DNA of 62,000 nucleotides. Origin: Laetmonice hystrix (Eukaryota). The stretch lies in NCBI GenBank assembly GCA_965235115.1, contig OZ249436.1, positions 806,001 through 868,000 on the forward strand, given 5' to 3'. Shown here piece by piece: positions 1-13,281 of the stretch. Every line of letters starts with the position of its first letter. Positions within the stretch are counted from its first letter, which is position 1. Under the pieces are notes generated by a model, which saw only the letters and a list, made by a program, of their open reading frames with translations, searched no databases and was not told where the DNA came from. A program made the position numbers and the translations under genes.

Positions 1-440
1 TCACAGATAGGTTATGTAAGTGGTGAAGTACTTGCTCACAGATAGGTTATGTAAGTCGTGAAGTACTTGCTCACAGATAGGTTATGTAAGTCGTGAAGTA
101 CTTGCTCACAGATAGGTTATGTAAGTGGTGAAGTACTTGCTCACAGATAGGTTATGTAAGTCGTGAAGTACTTGCTCACAGATAGGTTATGTAAGTCATG
201 AAGTACTTGCTCACAGATAGGTTATGTAAGTCGTGAAGTACTTGCTCACGGATAGGTTATGTAAGTCGTGAAGTACTTGCTCATGGATAGGTTATGTAAG
301 TCGTGAAGTACTTGCTCACAGATAGGTTATGTAAGTCGTGAAGTACTTGCTCACAGATAGGTTATGTAAGTCGTGAAGTACTTGCTCACAGATAGGTTAT
401 GTAAGTAGGTTATGTAAGTCGTAAAGTACTTGCTCACACA
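1..440. repeat. 35-bp minisatellite (intronic, runs off window)
   Basis: TCACAGATAGGTTATGTAAGTCGTGAAGTACTTGC repeated. Confidence 0.97.
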
Positions 441-674
441 TAGGTTTGACACAGGCATCGGTCAGAGAATACAAACATGTCTCATTGTGTTGACCCTTTG
501 ATATCTCTGGTATCATTGAAACATCTCCTGAGATATCAAAGGATTAGGTCAAAGTTATTACTAGTTTGATGCATTAATGGATGAAAACAATCGGTGAAAA
601 AATCCTAGGCAAGCTGAAAGAGTTCACCTTAACATGACAAGCTCCCCCAACGTGATGTTCTGACCCTGTTACAG

Positions 675-821
675 TGTGATGTGCCCGAGGGAGGAATCGT
701 ACCGAAGAGTCTGTACGCCGTGGACGACGAACTGGACAAGGATCGGTCACCTGAGGATTCTCACTTCTGTACAGACTCACTCTATCACACCGCCTACGTC
801 CACAAAGACTTCCCTCACGAG
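675..821 (+). CDS. SEC14L1: SEC14-like protein 1 (real-time/SEC14L1 family), internal exon; gene begins upstream of window
   Basis: ttacAG acceptor, GTaggt donor at 822, phase 0/0. Translation CDVPEGGIVPKSLY...TDSLYHTAYVHKDFPHE matches my recollection of vertebrate SEC14L1 (CEVPEGGLVPKSLY...KGAPHE). Confidence 0.93.
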
Positions 822-856
822 GTAGGTCGTCAACAAAACACCTATTCTTCTAACCT

Positions 857-1203
857 TTGTCCTGGGTGGGGCCAGGGGCTGTGAAGGCAGGAGTTGTTTC
901 TGTCCTGGGTGGGGCCAGGGGCTGTGAAGGCAGGAGTTGTTTCTGTCCTGGGTGGGGCCAGGGACTGTGAAGGCAGGAGTTGTTTCTGTCCTGGGTGGGG
1001 CCAGGGGCTGTGAAGGCAGGAGTTGTTTCTGTCCTGGGTGGGGCCAGGGACTGTGAAGGCAGGAGTTGTTTCTGTCCTGGGTGGGGCCAGGGGCTGTGAA
1101 GGCAGGAGTTGTTTCTGTCCTGGGTGGGGCCAGGGGCTGTGAAGGCAGGAGTTGTTTCTGTCCTGGGTGGGGCCAGGGGCTGTGAAGGCAGGAGTTGTTT
1201 CTG
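857..1203. repeat. 43-bp minisatellite (intronic)
   Basis: TGTCCTGGGTGGGGCCAGGGGCTGTGAAGGCAGGAGTTGTTTC, ~8 copies. Confidence 0.97.
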
Positions 1204-1279
1204 AGATGACAGAAGGAATCAGTCTGATGTAAACAATCTGATCCATTCAATGTTTTATCCTTGTGATGGTGGTTTCCAG

Positions 1280-1525
1280 GTACTGGTCCAGGTGCCACAA
1301 AAAGGTTGCGTCATCACGTGGGACTTTGACATTCTGAAGGGTGACGTGACATTTACCGTCCTGCGCAGTCGGCGTACGATGACAGCGACCCCCCACGAAC
1401 ATCACGTGAGCGGTGCTATTGGTGGCATTGGCTCCACTCAGTACGTCGATAAACATATGACGGTCGGCGTTGATATCAGCATCGTCGAGCCCCCTCTGGT
1501 GTGCAGGGACGGAGACAGTATCCAG
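1280..1525 (+). CDS. SEC14L1: SEC14L1-like exon, GOLD domain
   Basis: tttccAG acceptor, GTcagt donor at 1526, 82 codons. VLVQVPQKGCVITWDFDILKGDVTF...VEPPLVCRDGDSIQ resembles SEC14L1 VITWDFDVCKGD...ESPLICKEGESVQ. Confidence 0.95.
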
Positions 1526-1730
1526 GTCAGTTCACCGTACTCCCACCAGACGGCAGCACAGCACTGATTGGACTAGATCACAAAATGATGCATGGTTCCT
1601 CAGTGGCTGGACATATTCTGTCCGAAAGAAAGAAGACATTATTTTTAATTTTTCCTACTGATGTTCTGAGTTGAATAGGAAGTGTGGGACATATCATTAA
1701 CCTCGTTACCTGACCTTGACTTGTTTGTAG

Positions 1731-1873
1731 GGTTCTCATGTGACAAGTCAGTCTGGCTCCTACATTCTACAGTGGCGATACTTCGACTCAGCCAAAACGT
1801 CCTTCGACATCCTCTCAACTCACAAGTCGAAGGTCATGTATTACACGGAGCTGCTGCCCTCGGAACAGTTCCG
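1731..1873 (+). CDS. SEC14L1: SEC14L1-like exon, end of GOLD domain
   Basis: tttgtAG acceptor, GTaggt donor at 1874 (phase 2). GSHVTSQSGSYILQWRYFDS...HKSKVMYYTELLPSEQF(R), cf. SEC14L1 GSHVT...YILQW...HKCKVMYYTEV. Confidence 0.95.
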
Positions 1874-2202
1874 GTAGGTCATCAAGCACGTCAATATACT
1901 GAATGGTAACAAAATGCAGAGTGAATATTGTAGACATGAGCAGTCCAATGTCTACATGTTTTTGAGACACGCTGTGTCGGAATCATCACGTCTCATCTCG
2001 ACTTACTACCTGGTTAAATTGTTTAATTACTTTCTATTTCATATAATATTTACATGATACTTGAGGTCCTGTTTGAAGAGGAAAATTACCCTGGTCTCCT
2101 CTGATGTCTGGAGTTGAATGAGATCATTTTGCTATGACGTAATTCCTGTTGTATAAATAAATCCGATGAGCCAGTAACAAAATGACGGTGGTGTATTTTC
2201 AG

Positions 2203-2314
2203 CGGATCGATGACGTCACTCCACTCGTGTCAGAGCGGATTCAGCCAGTTGTCATTGACAACGAGTCAGAGTAGTCAATCAGCCGTCACGCACTCGTCAT
2301 GCCCCTCTAGGTGA
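2203..2314 (+). CDS. SEC14L1: SEC14L1-like terminal coding exon
   Basis: ttttcAG acceptor with compatible phase; (R)GSMTSLHSCQSGFSQLSLTTSQSSQSAVTHSSCPSR then TGA at 2312-2314, cf. SEC14L1 C-terminus RGSMTSLESSHSGFSQLS...SR. Confidence 0.95.
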
Positions 2315-2901
2315 CTACCACCTCCCAAGGAAACCCCGGTGTAGGGGTCACCGCTAGGGGGCCGCCCACACCGACCCAGCCGCCGACAACAGGACATGGG
2401 AGAGAAGTTACAGCAATCATTGCTCTGAGTGTTTCATTGGTTGTTAAACAATGAAGTCGTCAGAGAAATGGATCCATGAGTCTGGGGAGGAGGGAGGACG
2501 GAGGGGTTGGGGTGCTGAAGTCACAACTAATCCGCCAGGGGTGCTGTAGATCGTGAAGATCAATGTTGTAATCTATAATCGGTGGTTGTTCCCCCTGAGT
2601 GTACCCGTAGCGTCTCATAGATCTGTATGGGGTGACGTCATCATGACGTCACTCGTATCGTGACGTCATTCCACGTGTCTCTGGTGTGACCAGCTGGGAC
2701 GGTCACGGTCTCCCAGCGTGACGTCATGGCCGGGGTTATGGCAGTGCTCGCCGCTAGGCCCTCGCAATATACGACAGCCAAAAGTTATAATATACAACAG
2801 TCAAAAATTAGGCCGAAATCGGAAATAGACTTTATTATTATTACACGCGTTTTTCATCGTCAACCGTGAAAAATCTCTGGTTGTATGTGGCAGCAAATGA
2901 G

Positions 2902-3712
2902 ATGTCGACCAGGGCTTCTGGGGGCCTAGGTTCTCAGCTGTTGCCCACACTAACCCATGTCGACCAGGCCTTCTGTGGGCCTAGGTTCTCAGCTGTTGCC
3001 CACACTAACCCATGTCGACCAGGCCTTCTGTGGGCCTAGGTTCTCAGCTGTTGCCCACACTGACCCATGTCGACCAGGCCTTCTGTGGGCCTAGGTTCTC
3101 AGCTGTTGCCCACACTGACCCATGTCGACCAGGGCTTCTGTGGGCCTAGGTTCTCAGCTGTTGCCCACACTGACCCATGTCGACCAGGCCTTCTGTGGGC
3201 CTAGGTTCTCAGCTGTTGCCCACACTGACCCATGTCGACCAGGCCTTCTGTGGGCCTAGGTTCTCAGCGGTTGCCCACACTGACCCATGTCGACCAGGGC
3301 TTCTGTGGGCCTAGGTTCTCAGCTGTTGCCCACACTGACCCATGTCGACCAGGGCTTCTGTGGGCCTAGGTTCTCAGCTGCTGCCCACACTGACCCATGT
3401 CGACCAGGGCTTCTGTGGGCCTAGGTTCTCAGCTGTTGCCCACACTGACCCATGTCGACCAGGCCTTCTGTGGGCCTAGGTTCTCAGCTGTTGCCCACAC
3501 TGACCCATGTCGACCAGGGCTTCTGTGGGCCTAGGTTCTCAGCGGTTGCCCACACTGACCCATGTCGACCAGGCCTTCTGTGGGCCTAGGTTCTCAGCTG
3601 CTGCCCACACTGACCCATGTCGACCAGGGCTTCTGTGGGCCTAGGTTCTCAGCTGTTGCCCACACTGACCCATGTCGACCAGGGCTTCTGTGGGCCTAGG
3701 TTCTCAGCGGTT
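2902..3712. repeat. 55-bp minisatellite
   Basis: CATGTCGACCAGG...CCCACACTGACC repeated. Confidence 0.97.
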
Positions 3713-3862
3713 TCCTATTTCCACAGAAGGTTGAGAATTACTGACAGTTACTGACCTGGTTAAGGTTAGGAACGGAACAGGTTTTGCCCACAGTAAATAC
3801 TCTCAGTATTACAGAAGGTCGCTACCTCGTCATAAATACAATCGTGGCATTACAGAATTAGC

Positions 3863-4689
3863 TAAAAACTCGCTCTCCCCCAGCCTATCCAAATGGTGGT
3901 GTGGAGTGGTAACACAATATTTAGGTAAAACTCGCCCTCCCCCAGCCTATCCAAATGGTGGTGTGGAGTGGAAACACAATATTTAGGTAAAACTCGCCCC
4001 CCCCCCCAGCCTATCCAAATGGTGGTGTGGAGTGGAAACACAATATTTAGGTAAAACTCGCCCCCCCCCCAGCCTATCCAAATGGTGGCGAGGAGTGGAA
4101 ACACAATATTTAGGTAAAACTCGCTCTCCCCCAGCCTATCCAAATGGTGGTGTGGAGTGGAAACACAATATTTAGGTAAAACTCGCCCTCCCCCAGCCTA
4201 TCCAAATGGTGGTGTGGAGTGGAAACACAATATTTAGGTAAAACTCGCCCCCCCCCCCAGCCTATCCAAATGGTGGTGTGGAGTGGAAACACAATATTTA
4301 GGTAAAACTCGCCCCCCCCCCCCCAGCCTATCCAAATGGTGGCGAGGAGTGGAAACACAATATTTAGGTAAAACTCGCCCCCCCCCCCCAGCCTATCCAA
4401 ATGGTGGTGAGGAGTGGAAACACAATATTTAGGTAAAACTCGCCCCCCCCAGCCTATCCAAATGGTGGTGAGGAGTGGAAACACAATATTTAGGTAAAAC
4501 TCCCCCCCCCCCCCAGCCCATCCAAATGGTGGTGAGGAGTGGAAACACAATATTTAGGTAAAACTCCCCCCCCCCCCCAGCCTATCCAAATGGTGGTGTG
4601 GAGTGGAAACACAATATTTAGGTAAAACTCCCCCCCCCAGCCTATCCAAATGGTGGTGAGGAGTGGAAACACAATATTTAGGTAAAACT
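3863..4689. repeat. ~62-67-bp minisatellite with variable polyC
   Basis: TAAAACTCG(C)nAGCCTATCCAAATGG...AATATTTAGG repeated. Confidence 0.97.
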
Positions 4690-4852
4690 AGATAATGTTC
4701 TCACAAAAACCCAATCCATTGTGTGAAGATCATAAATGTATATGATATAGACAATCATCTCTGTATGTTTAATATATCTCCGATATCGTTAATTATGAAG
4801 TGGTTTGTTACTGAAGTTTGAGCGCCAGGATGTTGGTCTCAGACTCTGACTT

Positions 4853-5346
4853 GGCTGTCAGTGGTGGGGGTTAGCGCCTACTTGTGGAGGTTGGGGGTAT
4901 ATGATAGGCTGTCAGCGGTGGGGGTTAGCGCCTACTTGTGGAGGTTGGGGGGATAGGCTGTCAGCGGTGGGGGTTAGCGCCTACTTGTGGAGGTTGGGGG
5001 GATAGGCTGTCAGCGGTGGGGGTTAGCACCTACTTGTGGAGGTTGGGGTATATGATAGGCTGTCAGCGGTGGGGGTTAGCGCCTACTTGTGGAGGTTGGG
5101 GGGATAGGCTGTCAGCGGTGGGGGTTAGCGCCTACTTGTGGAGGTTGGGGGGATAGGCTGTCAGCGGTGGGGGTTAGCGCCTACTTGTGGAGGTTGGGGG
5201 GATAGGCTGTCAGCGGTGGGGGTTAGCGCCTACTTGTGGAGGTTGGGGGGATATGATAGGCTGTCAGCGGTGGGGGTTAGCGCCTACTTGTGGAGGTTGG
5301 GGGTAGGCTGTCAGTGGTGGGGGTTAGCGCCTACTTGTGGAGGTTG
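4853..5346. repeat. ~49-54-bp G-rich minisatellite
   Basis: GGCTGTCAGCGGTGGGGGTTAGCGCCTACTTGTGGAGGTTGGGG repeated. Confidence 0.97.
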
Positions 5347-6622
5347 AGTTGAAACCTTTTGTGCTATTAAATGACCATAACCTGACCATCCCTTCATTAG
5401 GTCAGAGGTGTAATTGGGTCATTATTTGTTAATTACTGTTGCCTTGACAGAAGTCATTCACCAACATGTTATTACTACTTTTACGGTCACCGTTGGCATA
5501 CACCAACTTCCATCACACGAAAACAATGCAACATTCATACAATTATTGAACTAATTATTTGACATTTCCCCCTTTTTCCAATATGATATGTATTTATGTA
5601 TATAGATCTGTACTACTGATATTCATGTATCTGTCTTAAGGTGTGTGATTATTCACACAAGTTTCCCGTCGTTTGGCGAGTCTCGTGGTTATAATTATTG
5701 CAATATTTATTGATGCCAATTTCTGGTAATGTTGTGGTGCACACATATACAGCAGTTTAAACTTGGCCTGGCTGCGCCGGTTGTGATTGTTTACATGTTG
5801 ACCAAAGTTTTCACAAGATAAATGTTTCGGAATATTGACTAAGAAATTCTAGATCTGAACCTGTGTTTGTGTAGCTTGTCAAAATGTTTTGTTTTTTTCG
5901 TAAGTCTGTGTTAAGCGTACATATTGGCTGGTCTTGCCACTGGTAATCATTGTCATATTGAAGTAGCTTTAAAAGTGGGCTTTAAAATTTGGTGTAATTG
6001 CACGCCCAGAATGTATTGGCATTAACTTGCTGGATAGAAGTGATTTTTTTAGAGAGCTGTTTAAGGCACCAGCTAACGCGATAGAGTCGTCGTAAAACCA
6101 GTGTCGCACGTTATACATTTTGGTAGTGACAACCATAGTTAAGGGAATAAATAGATAAAGAAATAAAGCCAAGATCATGGTTACATCTAATGCCAACAGC
6201 CAAGTAAAGCTCAAAGTTACGTTAAGGTTGAAGAGTCAAACAAGGGACAGAGGTTGGTGTAGTTTGTCTTTGATATAGAAGCTGGTCATTACCAAGGATT
6301 GACTCGACCTGCAGCAAAGTGTTGGTATGCTCAAGATTTGACAGTCGAGGCCAGGGGTGGGCATGGCTCCCGGCGGTAGAAGTGGCTGTGCCTGACCCAC
6401 TGACTGACCCACTCAAGGGCAGCACTCATATCCATCCACTGTACAGGTTTTGTTAGATCCTTTACATGATCGTGCTCAATGGGAGGTGTTGATGATGACC
6501 TCAGAGTGACCTACATACAAACAAAGGCTGCTGGACAGCTTGGCCGTGGTCAGTAAGTTGGCGGTGTTCAAGCAGAAAGGCTGTAGTGATAACTAGCTGT
6601 AGTCGTAGGTAGCAGTCTGTGC

Positions 6623-8895
6623 TTGTAGGTCTATGGATTGTCGGTACATGTAGACGCTCAGGGTGGGACACCGCCCGGGCGGTTGTAGGTCCATGGATTG
6701 TCGGTACATGTAGACGCTCACGGTGGGACACCGCCCGGGTGGTTGTAGGTCCATGGATTGTCGGTACATGTAGACGGTTTGCCCACGGTGGGACACCGCC
6801 CGGGCGGTTGTAGGTCCATGGATTGTCGGTACATGTAGACGCTCAGGGTGGGACACCGCCCGGGCGGTTGTAGGTCCATGGATTGTCGGTACGTGTAGAC
6901 GGTTTGCCCACGGTGGGACACCGCCCTGGTGGTTGTAGGTCCATGGATTGTCGGTACATGTAGACGGTTTGCCCACCGTGGGACACCGCCCGGGCGGTTG
7001 TAGGTCTATGGATTGTCAGTAGGCCTACATGTAGACGGTTTGCCCACCGTGGGACACCGCCCGGGTGGTTGTAGGTCTATGGATTGTCAGTAGGCCTACA
7101 TGTAGACGGTTTGCCCACGGTGGGACACCGCCCGGGCGGTTGTAGGTCCATGGATTGTCGGTACGTGTAGACGGTTTGCCCACGGTGGGACACCGCCCGG
7201 GCGGTTGTAGGTCCATGGATTGTCGGTACATGTAGACGCTCACGGTGGGACACCGCCCGGGCGGTCCATGGATTGTCGGTACGTGTAGACGCTCAGGGTG
7301 GGACACCGCCCGGGCGGTTGTAGGTCCATGGATTGTCGGTACATGTAGACGCTCACGGTGGGACACCGCCCGGACGGTTGTAGGTCCATGGATTGTCGGT
7401 ACATGTAGACGGTTTGCCCACGGTGGGACACCGCCCGGGCGGTTGTAGGTCCATGGATTGTCGGTACATGTAGACGGTTTGCCCACGGTGGGACACCGCC
7501 CGGGCGGTTGTAGGTCCATGGATTGTCGGTACATGTAGACGGTTTGCCCACGGTGGGACACCGCCCGGGCGGTTGTAGGTCCATGGATTGTCGGTACATG
7601 TAGACGCTCACGGTGGGACACCGCCCGGCCGGTTGTAGGTCTATGGATTGTCGGTACATGTAGACGGTTTGCCCACGGTGGGACACCGCCCGGGCGGTTG
7701 TAGGTCTATGGATTGTCGGTACATGTAGACGCTCAGGGTGGGACACCGCCCGGGCGGTTGTAGGTCCATGGATTGTTGGTACATGTAGACGGTTTGCCCA
7801 CGGTGGGACACCGCCCGTGCGGTTGTAGGTCCATGGATTGTCGGTACATGTAGACGCTCACGGTGGGACACCGCCCGGGCGGTTGTAGGTCCATGGATTG
7901 TCGGTACATGTAGACGGTTTGCCCACGGTGGGACACCGCCCGGGCGGTCCATGGATTGTCGGTACGTGTAGACGCTCAGGGTGGGACACCGCCCGGGCGG
8001 TTGTAGGTCCATGGATTGTCGGTACATGTAGACGCTCAGGGTGGGACACCGCCCGGGCGGTTGTAGGTCCATGGATTGTCGGTACATGTAGACGGTTTGC
8101 CCAGGGTGGGACACCGCCCGGGCGGTTGTAGGTCCATGGATTGTCGGTACATGTAGACGGTTTGCCCACGGTGGGACACCGCCCGGGCGGTCCATGGATT
8201 GTCGGTACGTGTAGACGCTCAGGGTGGGACACCGCCCGGGCGGTTGTAGGTCCATGGATTGTCGGTACATGTAGACGCTCAGGGTGGGACACCGCCCGGG
8301 CGGTTGTAGGTCCATGGATTGTCGGTACATGTAGACGGTTTGCCCAGGGTGGGACACCGCCCGGGCGGTTGTAGGTCCATGGATTGTCGGTACATGTAGA
8401 CGGTTTGCCCACAGTGGGACACCGCCCGTGCGGTTGTAGGTCCATGGATTGTCGGTACATGTAGACGGTTTGCCCACAGTGGGACACCGCCCGTGCGGTT
8501 GTAGGTCCATGGATTGTCGGTACATGTAGACGGTTTGCCCACGGTGGGACACCGCCCGGGCGGTTGTAGGTCCATGGATTGTCGGTACATGTAGACGGTT
8601 TGCCCAGGGTGGGACACCGCCCGGGCGGTTGTAGGTCCATGGATTGTCGGTACATGTAGACGGTTTGCCCACGGTGGGACACCGCCCGGGCGGTTGTAGG
8701 TCCATGGATTGTCGGTACGTGTAGACGGTTTGCCCACAGTGGGACACCGCCCGAGCGGTTGTAGGTCCATGGATTGTCAGTAGGCCTACATGTAGACGGT
8801 TTGCCCACGGTGGGACACCGCCCGGGTGGTTGTAGGTCCATGGATTGTCGGTACATGTAGACGGTTTGCCCACGGTGGGACACCGCCCGGGCGGT
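6623..8895. repeat. 60/67-bp minisatellite
   Basis: TTGTAGGTCCATGGATTGTCGGTACATGTAGACG...GGGACACCGCCCGGGCGG repeated. Confidence 0.97.
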
Positions 8896-9461
8896 CGGAT
8901 TCAGTGGACTGTGAACGAGTTAATTTGGTGTGGATCATGTGGTCCTGATCCAAGTTTTTAGGGATCAAATGTGTATGGATCAGGAAGCGGAGCGTTCGTT
9001 ATTGTATCCTAGTAACAGTAATTATTATACGAATGTGTCTAGTCAGTGTCCTCTCTTACACTGAAGTTTATTAATGTTGGAAAGTCTCAGAGTATCTCAA
9101 CATGAAGACAGTTTCCATGGAATTTGTCCACAGTACATTCGTTGTACAGCGTTGTAGGAAATGTAAGTTGAGAAAAATTCTCTGATTGGTAACCGAAGCC
9201 CTGTGACGTAATTGTGACGTCATAACGATCTGTATTTAGATCCCGCGTGACCTGCTGACCTTTCGCTACTGACGTCACATACGCTGACCTCTGTGGAGAA
9301 AGGAAAGATCCCGATTTTGAAGATCATCTGCCACGAGCAACAAACCCAGAAAATGTTTTCATCAAATTCTCACAATACTTCAAGTATCATTTAAAATGAC
9401 AATCAATTTACGGAGTTTTTTTGACAGAAATATTTGTCTGAGAATGCTGGAAATGTGGTTT

Positions 9462-9746
9462 CAGGGCCTGCAGATTTCAAAGATTTCCCTATTAATCTAA
9501 AGCCCGATTTGAGAAAGTCCATAGGTTCGGTTGGGCACTCTGAAAGTCTTATAGTTGAAAGGCTGAGAATAATTTTGTGAACATATATCCTGGGCAGGTA
9601 TTTATTCCACATGTACCTGAAGAACTGACTTGAGGAGTCAGTGAGGGTATTTATCAAGGTTTGGCGACCGTGTATGGAAGGCGAAGAAACTTTTTACTGC
9701 TAAGGTTTGAAATAAAAAATTTTCTGCTTGATGAATCCAGGCCCTG
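9462..9746. mobile_element. Degenerate MITE, possibly PIF/Harbinger-like
   Basis: Ends CAGGGCCTG...CAGGCCCTG are inverted, with a looser match inward. Confidence 0.4.
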
Positions 9747-11945
9747 CTGTGAGGGAAATGTCCATCACTCAGACTGTATGACTTTCTCTGGTCCTCACTT
9801 CTAAACAAAAACTTGCCTCCTAGTTACCTGAGGGGCGTTGGTTTAGTGAGGAAGCAGAATCCTTGTTTGGTGTGACCTGACCTCCGGGTACTAAACTTGC
9901 CTCCTAGTTACCTGAGGGGCGTTGGTTTAGTGAGGAAGGAACTGCACTGTGAGCAGAATCCTTGTTTTGTCAGACCTCCGGGTACTGAACGCCCGCTGAT
10001 TCTAACAGGTGGCGCCACCGTCTGTTCTCTGTCAGGTGTTCACCTTGGCTCAGAGTGACGTAACATCATTATGCCGTCTTGAGATTTTATTTGTCTTCTT
10101 TTGGGATTTGTTCTTCCGTGGCTCTGTAAGAGTATGCCTGCCCGTCACGTGGGTAATTTGTGCAATTAATTAAGAGAAAAGGTAAGACCATGGTTAGATC
10201 GAGTTCCTGGTACAAGTCAGCAGGCTGCCGAATAGTCTGGTGGAAGGACTTGTCGTAACTCGGAGTGATCCGGCAGTGAGGGGGTTCTATATCTGGTACC
10301 CGTCACGGCAGGTCCCAACTTGAGTCGAGTAGCTCCACCTGGCGGTCATGCAGGTTGACGTAGCGGTATGTACATATTATGTACACCCTATATAATCGAG
10401 GGTTATGGATATTTTAACGTTTATGGTGGAAACATATCCTTTCAAGAGCCGTAATTTATCAGTGTGTTGATTGGTGGCGGCGGGTGGCATGGCTAACTGA
10501 CCAGGCAGTGGAGGTATTTTTGGTGGCGGCGGGTGGCATGGCTAACTGACCAGGCAGTGGAGGTATTTTTGGTGGCGGCGGTATTTTTGGAGTAGGTTTG
10601 TGAAATTAAACTGATCATAAGGACCAAAAGATAAAAGTTAAAGCGAGCTCAGAGTTGTGTGATAAAACCTACAGGATTTCTTGTATATATACATGTAGGA
10701 TGTGTAAGGCATTGTGATCAGATTTTATTGGCGTTTTTAGTCTTTATTTTTAGCGATCAAATGTGTTTTTACCTGGTCATGATGACTAAGGAAACAAGCC
10801 TCTTTTACCCGTGTTTTTGTTGGCCAGTGTTTAAGGAGAGTCAACCCAGTTGTAGATATTTTTAGGTGTGAGTATGTGGGTTTGATAAAGATGTAGTAAG
10901 GTGTTGGTAATGATTTAAAACATACAGTTAAAACATCAGTTTTAGGATGGGAGAGACACACAGGGAGAGTATGTGGATATAGATGGGCACATTGTTTTAC
11001 ATGTGCTGTCATTGGTTAACTGTTATAATGATACTCTCGCCCTGATTAGTTTTCAGTAATCAGTGTACGAGAGGTGGTCAGATCAGCTGTATCCAGTTAT
11101 CGGACCACTACCACGGTAGAAAACAGTCATTGATATGTTGTTACCCCTTACTCAGAAAGCTGAGGGACTCCCCTCCGACAGAACAAAGACTTACCAAGTA
11201 TTAGAAATTTGTACAATTATTCTTCAAAGGTTATACACTGTAATGTTATTTCGTCCAAATCACCCAACCCCCCAAAATGATGGCGGAGAACTCGTGAAAA
11301 TTATATCAAGCCAAAAAGAAAAAGCGATTTGCTTCCCGTATGAGTATAGAAAACCCCACATTATTGCTAACCTCAGACACAGCCTGCCAAACTAGCCTCA
11401 ATGACAGATTCTTGGTAAAAATCTGCGTCTTTACCCAAACATGAACAAAATGGGGTTGCGTCAAAAACATTGGAAGTGAGATTTCGGTCACCGAGGTAGT
11501 ACAGATTGCCGTTCAGTCTACAGTCAGGACCGCACAGATGGAAATGATAAAACTAGAGAGACTACTCGAGTAGTTGAGAAACAAGTCCTCATCGTCTAGT
11601 ATTGAAATCTGAGAAATCAACACTTTTGTGAAAATATTTCTAATGGCAAGCGCATTGAGTGACATTTTAATCCTCGTTTATATTACCCCTAAAGATTGTG
11701 TACCCCCCCCCCCCCCCGAACAAATTATTGAATACAAAAGTGACCACTTAACATCTTACGTAAGTTTAATCTGAACGTTTCTGATTGGCTGTGGCTGGTT
11801 TAGACCAGCCAATCAGAAGCGTTAACACACAGAGAACTCGGCTGTTATTGTTATCATGTTAACATTGGGTTCCGTCTGTTCTGTAACTATATATGGACCC
11901 TTCGCGCCCTCGGTCCTTTTTACACTGACCTAGGATGTTACACAC

Positions 11946-12318
11946 AGAATGGGACATTGTGCACCATGGAATGTTACATTCAGGATACTACCCAGAATGG
12001 GACATTGTGCACCATGGAATGTTACATTCAGGATACTACCCAGGATTTTGACATTGTGCACCATGGAATGTTACATTCAGGATACTACCCTGAATGGGAC
12101 ATTCTGCACCATGGAATGTTACATTCAGGATACTACCCAGAATGGGACATTCTGCACCATGGAATGTTACATTCAGGATACTACCCTGAATGGGACATTG
12201 TGCACCGTGGAATGTTACATTCAGGATACTACCCTGAATGGGACATTGTGCACCATGGAATGTTACATCCAGGATACCATCCAGAATGTTACATTGTGCA
12301 CCATTGAATGTTACATTC
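11946..12318. repeat. 48-bp minisatellite
   Basis: GAATGGGACATTGTGCACCATGGAATGTTACATTCAGGATACTACCCA repeated. Confidence 0.96.
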
Positions 12319-12547
12319 GTGCGCTATGGAATGCGAGCACCGCGTATATTTAATCCTGGGAGGAGGATAGACAGCAGAGGGCGCTGTTAATCTAGTGTCT
12401 GTCTAACCTCTCAGACAGTAAGACATGTTTGTAACACGCGGAGCGTTAGGATTGTATGTATTTAAAATGCACTGTACAATGTATTATAGACAGATAAATA
12501 TGTAATATGGCTATTATACATAATGGTATCTAACACACCAAGAAAGC

Positions 12548-12553
12548 AATAAA
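12548..12553 (+). other. Candidate polyadenylation signal
   Basis: AATAAA after an AT-rich UTR-like stretch with a GT-rich tract downstream; earlier AATAAA hexamers also exist. Confidence 0.3.
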
Positions 12554-12709
12554 AGCAAACTTTGACCAAGCCTGATTGTAATGTTTTCTGTTGAAGGTGA
12601 ATTCTGAGGAGACCGTCCGGTATTTGAAACGGTGGTGCTGATATCAAAATCAACAAAAGTGGCTTTTCCACAGAGTATTCATTGTTTCTAGATAGTTTAG
12701 ACACATTAA

Positions 12710-13239
12710 AGGGGCATGCTATGAAACACGTTTTTGAGGATTTCCGGCAATTATCCAACATGACCGTGTACTAGGAATCCAAGTAAATAATCCGACCACA
12801 GCATTTTGTCCTCCGACGCGTTTTCGCTGCCTATGCAGCACAAGTAGATTCTATACGACCAAACCTATAGATTTCTCCCGATAGCACATCTTCCGCCATA
12901 ATTTGCCATAGACAACCTCCCATCAACCCATGTAATTGCATACTGTGTCACATCCTGCGTGTGCACTCTCTGCATGTGCTTAGTCACGTGCTTCGCTTAG
13001 TTGTAAACAATTCAGCAGTTGCACTCGATCGTCCGGCATCAGAATGCCACCCAAAAAATATTTTACGAAATCGGCAGAAAAGCGGGCAAAGGAGCTTTAT
13101 AAACTTCGATTTCTCACACAAAATAAAACTGATAAGTCCTTCTTTGTTTACCAAGCAATATTAATGAAGGATCTCTTTATGAAAACAGCAAAAGTTCTTT
13201 GAAATACCGATTTTTCACGTTTCCTTATAATATGCCCCT
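12710..13239. mobile_element. Non-autonomous Kolobok-like DNA transposon
   Basis: TTAA on both sides (12706-12709, 13240-13243); termini AGGGGCAT...ATGCCCCT. TTAA TSD with purine-purine termini fits Kolobok rather than piggyBac. Confidence 0.75.
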
Positions 13240-13281
13240 TTAAAAACTATTGGTAGGCCTACTACTGTAGAGATGTATTAA

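Noticed and set aside
6340..6425. tRNA-derived SINE head
   Set aside because: Only a weak A-box resemblance; no B-box or cloverleaf.
6500..8970. Overlapping repetitive ORFs up to 410 aa
   Set aside because: Translations of a 60/67-bp array with frame-breaking length variants.
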